The position numbers were made by a program, and so were the translations under genes. DNA of 56,633 nt, the filler included, from Dugesia japonica (taxonomy: Eukaryota): NCBI GenBank assembly GCA_001938525.1. It is 5 parts of 5 records of this genome, joined end to end, with 100 filler letters (N's around TTAATTAATTAA, not from the genome) between each part and the next. Parts side by side here need not be neighbours in the genome. Positions count along the whole stretch, not along the records: positions 43,307 to 56,633 come from MQRL01580914.1; 4 more parts are not named here. One strand, given 5' to 3'. Below the pieces are notes generated by a model. That model made no database searches and was not told where the DNA came from. It saw nothing but the letters and a program-made list of their open reading frames with translations. Shown piece after piece: positions 49,546 through 56,633 of the stretch; within the stretch, counting starts at the first letter, position 1, and each line of letters starts with the position of its first letter.

Positions 49546-51934
49546 AATTATAGAAATTTTTATGGATTGCTAACAGATGATTTTAAAAAAATTTAATTAT
49601 CTATTTTATTAAATAAAATATACAAATTAAAAATAAGTTGACAAAAATGTTAATAGAACTTTATATTAAATTTTTTAAAGAAAATGATTTTGTTTAATCA
49701 TTTCAACGAATTTTAAATATATGCTCAATTAAGTAATAATTTGACATATCAACAGCGAACACGTTTAATTTCATTATAATTTCAGTTTTAAAAAAAATCA
49801 TTGACCAACAATTTTTCTAATTTTAAATATATTTTCTAAATGAAAAGAAAATTCCAACCAGTAATTTTAATTTTTAATTAAATTTTTATTTAATTATAAT
49901 GTTAATTTAATTATATGTTAACATCAAACAATGTTTCAAATATGAATAATACATCAGAGTTTGTACACCGGAATTATGAATCCAATATGACAAATATGAA
50001 TTATGACAATTATGAATTATTTTATGACATTAAATTATAATAAAGGTTAAATTTGTTAGATTTTTTAAACATGATAGTGTTATTTAACTTAAATTTTTTT
50101 GAAAGTAATTTTAAGTAGTCCATCATTTGTAATTTATTTTGAAAATTAAATTATTTTTCAGCAATATTTTATTTGAGAAATTTTAATTTTCATATGTAGA
50201 ATCTATTAAATTTTTAAATTATTTTCAAAATTGGCAACTCTCTATTACCCACTATATTCGCCAGACGTTGTTCCAATGGACTATCGTGTCTTCCAGGTAT
50301 TAGATAACTTCTTATAAGAAAATTTATTCAAATTTGAAGAGTCTATGAAAAGTGTCTTTCGTGACTTTATTGCCACTCTATCACCAGATTTTTTCGCTGT
50401 TCAAATAAACAAGTTTTCATTAAGGTGGTAGGACTGTGTTGATAGTTTCCGTGCATATTTCGATGAAATGTACTGTGGTTTGCTTGTTAAATAATAATCC
50501 AATATTTATCAAAAATCCAAAATACTTAATGAACTATAAAATAATTAAACTTTTCTTCGTTGAATTTAATATTAAAAAATTTTAAATCATTTTATGGATA
50601 TTTTTCTTTTTCAGTTAGATTTTTCNTATTGTAATCTTATTAAAACAGGAATTAAAGTATAATACTGAAAAGACGTAATTTTAAAATAAGATGTTTGATA
50701 TATTTAATCCATCTGGTTGCGGAAAAATTTTGAAAATACTTTTAATTTATTTAATCCAATTTTAAAGCAAAATTCTTCTCTGAAAATAATATTACTAATA
50801 TTTTTCATTCCACTGAAATTTGTTGAATTAACTTTTTTAGCACAAAAATAATTATGGAATTGTTTTAATGAAAATATTTTGAATTTTATTTATATATTTA
50901 TATTTATTTGTATATATTTTTTGTTTATTTATATATGTGTATATTTTGTAGGATGTTCATAAAAAAGCTTTCTACAATGATAACATGAAAATCGTAGCAA
51001 ATCTCAAATTGGAAGCATTTTGACTTAATTATATTTACTACAAAATATATTGAAAAACGTATACTCGTGGTTATATTGTTATTTGTCAAAATTAAACAAT
51101 AAAAAATGATTATATTAAATAAATCTTGATTTATTTTAGATTGGAATAAAAATTTTAATCTGAAATTTTAAATGACAATTAAGAATAAAACAAAAAAACA
51201 AAATAAAGAAATTAATCATTAAAAGGAATAAGAAATTCTAAAAACATAAAAGATGAAAATCAGAACAATAAAACAGATAAATAGCAGGAAAATAAGATAA
51301 CCCGGAAAATAGAAAACTAAGATTAAAAATATCAAATAAAACGACTATACCATAACCAAAATGAAGTAACAAAAGTTTATCTAACGATAACAGCAAAAGA
51401 AGGAAAACTGGAAATTAATGAAAAATGAATAAATTGAAAGATTCAACAAAAATAAATATATAACTTGAAAGTAGTGGGTAAATAGTGCAGCACTGGACCA
51501 TCGTAATGGCAGTCAAAAAGGTATACCCCTCCCCCTCTCCCCATGAACACTGTCCTTTAAGATTCAACGAAAACAAATAAAATTAAATAAAAGAAAATTA
51601 AATAATGACTACAGAAAAAAAAATTACAAGTGAATTTTGAGAAAGTCCAAAAGATGTAGTGCAAATTATAATACCTCAGAAACGAGAAGTAAAGTCGCAA
51701 AAGAACAACTTGTTTTACTACGGCTATTTTATGAAATGGCGTTTTCCACCAATTTCTCTATGGAAGTGATTGCAGAAAATTTTGGTGAGATAAAAATACC
51801 GATTAAATGTATCAAATAAGCTATAATTCAATTAAAATCAATAAAAATTATCAGTTGATCAATAAAATATGGAGCTTGAAAAACGATTTTGAAGAACCCC
51901 AGCCAGATTCTGAAAATAAAAAAACTGAGGCAAG

Positions 51935-52130
51935 TAAAAGCGAGCCAGTATCAGATGACATTAAAAGTTATCTTAGAAAACTACAGGAATTAAGTCTTCA
52001 TTTTAACTGTGAGGTGCAGTCAATATGCATAGAGGGCACAGGCGAACATGAAATAAGTATAACTATTTCGTATCAAACTATAAGTATGAAATTTTGTAAA
52101 AGTAGGTAGAGGCGCATTGGAGCAAAGAAC
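51935..52130 (+). repeat. Dispersed repeat; direct copy at 53436-53620
   Basis: aaaagcga.ccagtatcagatg.catt..aagttatcttagaaaactaca...tagagggcaca.gcgaa.atgaaataag. Confidence 0.85.
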
Positions 52131-53049
52131 CTTTTGGATCTCCTACCCACTGTCAAAGTTTTCTAGAAATTTGGTGTTCTACAAATCTTGTCTTTGTTCA
52201 ACTCAACTTTGATTTGTCGACACATTTTTGTGAAAAATTTCAATAATATTGTATCCTATAATCTGTATGGTTAATATCAATAGAAAAATATTTTGTTTCA
52301 AGTTTTTTTCAATTATTTAATTTTTAAAATTTTATTTTATGTTATGATATGGTATATTTAAATGAGCAATAAAAGATGAGCAATGTTATATAAGTAAAGT
52401 TTCTGTCGGTCAAATGGTTAAAAGTTATTAAAGATTGAAAATTTTAAAAACTACATACAACCATCAATTTTAAATGTAATTTATTTTCATTTGATAGAAA
52501 ATTAAAAACTGTCTAAACATTGACTAAAAGACTATTATCGAAAATTGCTTCTTTAATACTACACTGGACCACCTTCTCCAAGTAATAGCATTCGAAAAAA
52601 TCGATACTATAGGACAAAATTTTTAAAAAAAGATAATGATGTCTCATTCACTTGTATCGTCAAATGTTTTCTTCTCTTTAAAAGTTTTAATTTTTAAAAA
52701 TGAGTAAAAGTCAAGTTACTAAAGTGCTATGATAACCATTTTGATATCATTGGATGCACAATAAGATGATGATTATTATGCTCTGCTTATGTTTACAATA
52801 AAAATATAAAGATAAATGTTATTTGAACTTTAAAATTTCAAAACGGCCAACCAAAATTTCTGAATTTAAAACTTATACCATGTGATAGAAAACTAAGACT
52901 TATCTACACATTCTATAAAAAAAACAACTGTCGGAAAGTGCTTAATTTCTGTGAAATTTCGAAAACAGAGAATAGAGACCCACATAAGTCACTAAAATAA
53001 ATGTGTTATGAAAACAGATTTAATATATTCTGATGCAAAATTTGTCAAA

Positions 53050-53260
53050 AATTATTTTTAAATGAGTTTCGCCATAAAACAAATGCAAGGTAAATAGTAG
53101 TTAGACATATAAACGAAGTGTTTGACAAGAATCCTGTCGATGAATTAATGGTACAGCAATGGTTTCAGAAATTCTGTTCTGGAGATTTCAGNCTAGAAAA
53201 TAATCCACATGAGCGAAGTTAAATAGTGATGATCTAAAAGATTAAGTGTAAAAGAACATT
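53050..53260 (+). pseudogene. Mariner transposase N-terminal HTH fragment
   Basis: FLNEFRHKTNA...RHINEVFDKNPVDELMVQQWFQKFCSGDFXLENNPHER (cf. INEVFG...V....V..WF.KFRSGDFSLE.EPR.GRP). Confidence 0.85.
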
Positions 53261-54329
53261 AAGGCAAACCATTTCTTCAACATATCGTGACATGTGATGA
53301 TAAAAATAAAGCACCAAAACAGAGTTCAAAGCCGAACATTCGCCAAAGGTAGCTAATCGTATATGTGTAGTGGACAAAACACTGATATTATCGATTACAA
53401 CTTTTTGAAACTTGGTCAAGAACTGGGAAGCAAATAAAAGCGAACCAGTATCAGATGCCATTAAGTTATCTTAGAAAACTACATGAAGTAGGACTTCGTC
53501 GGGGTTTAACTGTGTGGCGCAGACATTATGTGTAGAGGGCACACGCGAAAATGAAATAAGCATTAATACTGGTTCAAATTTCGTAAAGGTAAGTAATGGC
53601 GAACTGGAACATAGAACCTTTTACACAAATCAAATCACATTTTATGTGGGCTCATCAGAGTTGATTGTATTCCCCATATACATTATAAAACTGAGTTCAT
53701 CCAGCTCACCTATTATCTCTAAATAATAATATTGTANNNNNNNNNNNNNNNNNNNNNNNNNNNNNNNNCAATATTATACGGAGGTCTGAAAGACAATCAA
53801 AGACCTTCTGAGTGACCTAGCAGAATAGTGAATGCTACCTGCAAAATTAAATTTAAAATTGCTTCGTGTTGAATGAACAGGATACGACTAATCTAATAAC
53901 TTTTCAAAATTCGAAACCATTTTTAAGACAATTAACAACAGAATCAATTTAACTTCAGTAGATAAACTAAGTTACACTTTTATTACTTCTCTTGAATCCA
54001 TGGTCAGATTCTCTTCTTTGAGAAAATTCATTCAGATAAAAATCCTCAAAATCTGTCAAATTTCATTCAACAACCATTTCTTGACTGAAATAAATCTGTT
54101 CCATTTACACATTTTGTCTTACTTCCTTAATTAATTTTGTCATACCTGTAAACAATTAAAAATTGGTCATTTTTTTAAAACTATATGTAAATTCAATCCT
54201 AAAAAAGCGGCAAAATAATATATCAGTATGAAATTACTCCATATATTCTCAGAATTCTCTCTCTTTTTGCAGATACCCAATCCTATCTAAACTTAAACAA
54301 TATTCTGGAAGATTATTTTGAAATTAACT

Positions 54330-54770
54330 ATTGCATGGAAACTAAACGCCAAAAAAATTAAAATCAAATCAGAATAGGATAACCTCAAGAAGATTGTTAA
54401 GATGTTACTTTTAAGAATAATCATCATATAATTACCGAATTTTATACCAAAATGTTCCTAGCATTTAATGATCCTAGTTTCGCTTAAATAAAAAATCAAG
54501 GGATTAAAGAATTAAATATCAAAATATTAATACTGATAATAAAAACGATAATTGTCATAAATTTATTCATCATTCACAGAATCAATAAATTAAGCAAATG
54601 AGGTTATTTAGCACTATTTTCATAAAACCATACACCATAATGAAATTATACATAACAAAAATAATTAATTGAAAACGGCAGATTCCGAATCAAGAAAGAC
54701 TGGGTTTGATTGCAGAATTACTGACTTTCCAGCAATATGCAATTCAAAAATAATAATCTAAAAAATATAG

Positions 54771-54821
<51 letters not shown>

Positions 54822-54900
54822 AAATAATAGCAATAACAGTGAAACTTGCTTATAAAAACATTGTCATTATGAACACAGCCACTTCTAAAGATCCATCATA
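54330..54900 (+). pseudogene. Possible Penelope-like RT/thumb relic
   Basis: DVTFKNNHHIITEFYTK (cf. LDV.I......T..Y.KPT) and VKLAYKN...TSKDP; highly decayed. Confidence 0.25.
54774..54819. repeat. (TAA)n microsatellite
   Basis: Directly visible. Confidence 0.9.
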
Positions 54901-56454
54901 ATTTATAGTTCCTTAAATTAGCCTCACCTCAAAATCTTGTTTGATGAAAAAATTTATGTCTTTGCTAAAGTATTACAAAAGCAANNNNNNNNNNNNNNNN
55001 NNNNNNNNNNNNNNNNNNNNNNNNNNNNNNNNNNNNNNNNNNNNNNNNNNNNNNNNNNNNNNNNNNNNNNNNNNNNNNNNNNNNNNTTTAAATAATATAA
55101 CGAACCAATTAATCTCACTAATACTAATATCATATTACAATATTAAACATGGTGGTTTGATAAAACCTTCTGAGGCGTGGTCTAACTCAAATCAGAGATT
55201 AATAATTAACAAAGATTTTAATCTTCATGAAAATGAATAGTATGAAGATATTGAATATTTAGATGAGTGTTGGCCAAATTGTGTTCAGTGAGAACCAAGG
55301 ATTCGGCAGAAAGAATTTGGAAATATTCAAAATTGCTAAGGTTTTTTAAACATTCTACTAATAATACAATAAATTAATTATTAATAAATAACTAAATTCA
55401 ATTCTTCTATTTATTTTATACTACGCATTATGAGATTATTGATTATCATTCTGGAATAAAACAAATATATGTTATACATTCTATGACGTTTGGTAGCTCA
55501 TACCTTTGCAAACAGAGTTTTTAGTATTAACAGACATGAAGTCGAAGAAACGAGAGACTTTAAACCGCCAATAAAGATATGTTTTAAATTGTCTACCAAC
55601 GAGCGTCGAAGAAGTTTGATCTGTGATCACTAGCAAGCTCCGGTTCACAAGTAAATGAATAGGTACGTACCAGAACAGTTGATAACTTTTTTTACATAGA
55701 AGTATCACAAAATTTGTAGAAATTGTATAGACGTCACTAAATATTTTATAGAATTGCATGGAAGTCGATAAAGTTTTCAAAATCCTATATAAAACAATGG
55801 GAAAATAATTAAAAAAAACTGCATAGAAGTCGTTAAATATTTTGTTAGGTGAGTTTGGAAAACTCCGCGAATCATTAACATCAGAATTAAACTCCATAAA
55901 TTTATTAAAATAAAATCTATATCCATCATTATTCGTTTAAACAAACAAATTAAAACTTAATGCTTTAATCGGAAATTATTTTCCAAAAATTTAAAAATCT
56001 AGATTTAAAACTTAATTTAAATTCATTTGATAATTTTACAAAAAATAATTATTTTTTAATAACACATCTTTTGAAAATTTTCATAAACTTTTAAAACAAA
56101 AATAAATGATCATACGTATTAAAATAAAATTTAAAAATTTTTAAACAAAAAAAACTGATTATTTGTTAAAAAAAATTTCATAAAATTTCAAAACTAAAAA
56201 TGATCATTTGTAATAACAATTTGTAATAATCTTTTAAAATTTTCACAAAAACTTTCATAANATTTTCAAAACAAAATCACTTGCTATTAAATTATCATTT
56301 TAAAATCTTCTGAACTTTCAAAACAAAATTGAAATTTCCAAAAATTTTAATTAATTTCTTAATTAATTTGTGATTTTGAATTTTTTTAAAAAAATATTTA
56401 TTTAAAACACAATTTCCAACGAGAGCACAAAAAATTTTAATTCGCTTCTGAACT

Positions 56455-56633
56455 ACTCACATTCCCCCTTTTAAGAAAGTTTTTGATCTTTTCTACGTTT
56501 CTTTATTTTGAGACTTTTTTCCTTTGTATCTGCAGGATGTAACGTCTGTCATGAACCTTCCTATTGATCTTATAAGGTCCTTCATAACAATCTTGGTTCT
56601 TGTTTCTTGTTTCAACTTTCAAAAGACCTCATT
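56455..56633 (-). pseudogene. Gypsy integrase C-terminus (GPY/F module), PPT and LTR start
   Basis: YEGPYKINRKVHDRRYILQ...RNVEKIKNFLKRGM*; AAAAGGGGAA followed by TGTGA. Confidence 0.75.

Noticed and set aside
55481-55897. 138-aa ORF
   Set aside because: Begins within a dispersed repeat whose other copy (47255-47360) is closed; no recognisable motif.

Overview
Very AT-rich, gapped eukaryotic (animal-like) DNA. At least five contigs are joined by artificial 100-bp spacers (44 N + TTAATTAATTAA + 44 N). GT-AG mini-introns of about 35-57 bp (one exactly 37 bp) and the composition suggest a compact invertebrate genome such as the orthonectid Intoshia; that assignment is inference only. Two intact, intronless host genes are present, both on the minus strand: a PA28/REG-gamma proteasome activator (21770-22540) and an unusual 482-aa NHL-type beta-propeller protein with SPKK/lysine-rich tails at both ends (18169-19617). 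The rest is decayed mobile DNA. The most notable part is Polinton/Maverick (adintovirus-like) relics: three pPolB fragments, a syntenic minor capsid, major capsid and adenain protease block, an adenovirus pX-like core protein joined in frame to a piggyBac transposase tail, and a possible packaging ATPase. Also present are a ~4.3 kb foldback element with long 21-bp-periodic inverted repeats enclosing spliced gene fragments, a deleted Gypsy element with AGT...ACT LTRs, and Tc1, mariner, piggyBac, hAT and possible Penelope fragments. All homology calls are from motif recognition by eye, and repeat and pseudogene boundaries are approximate.
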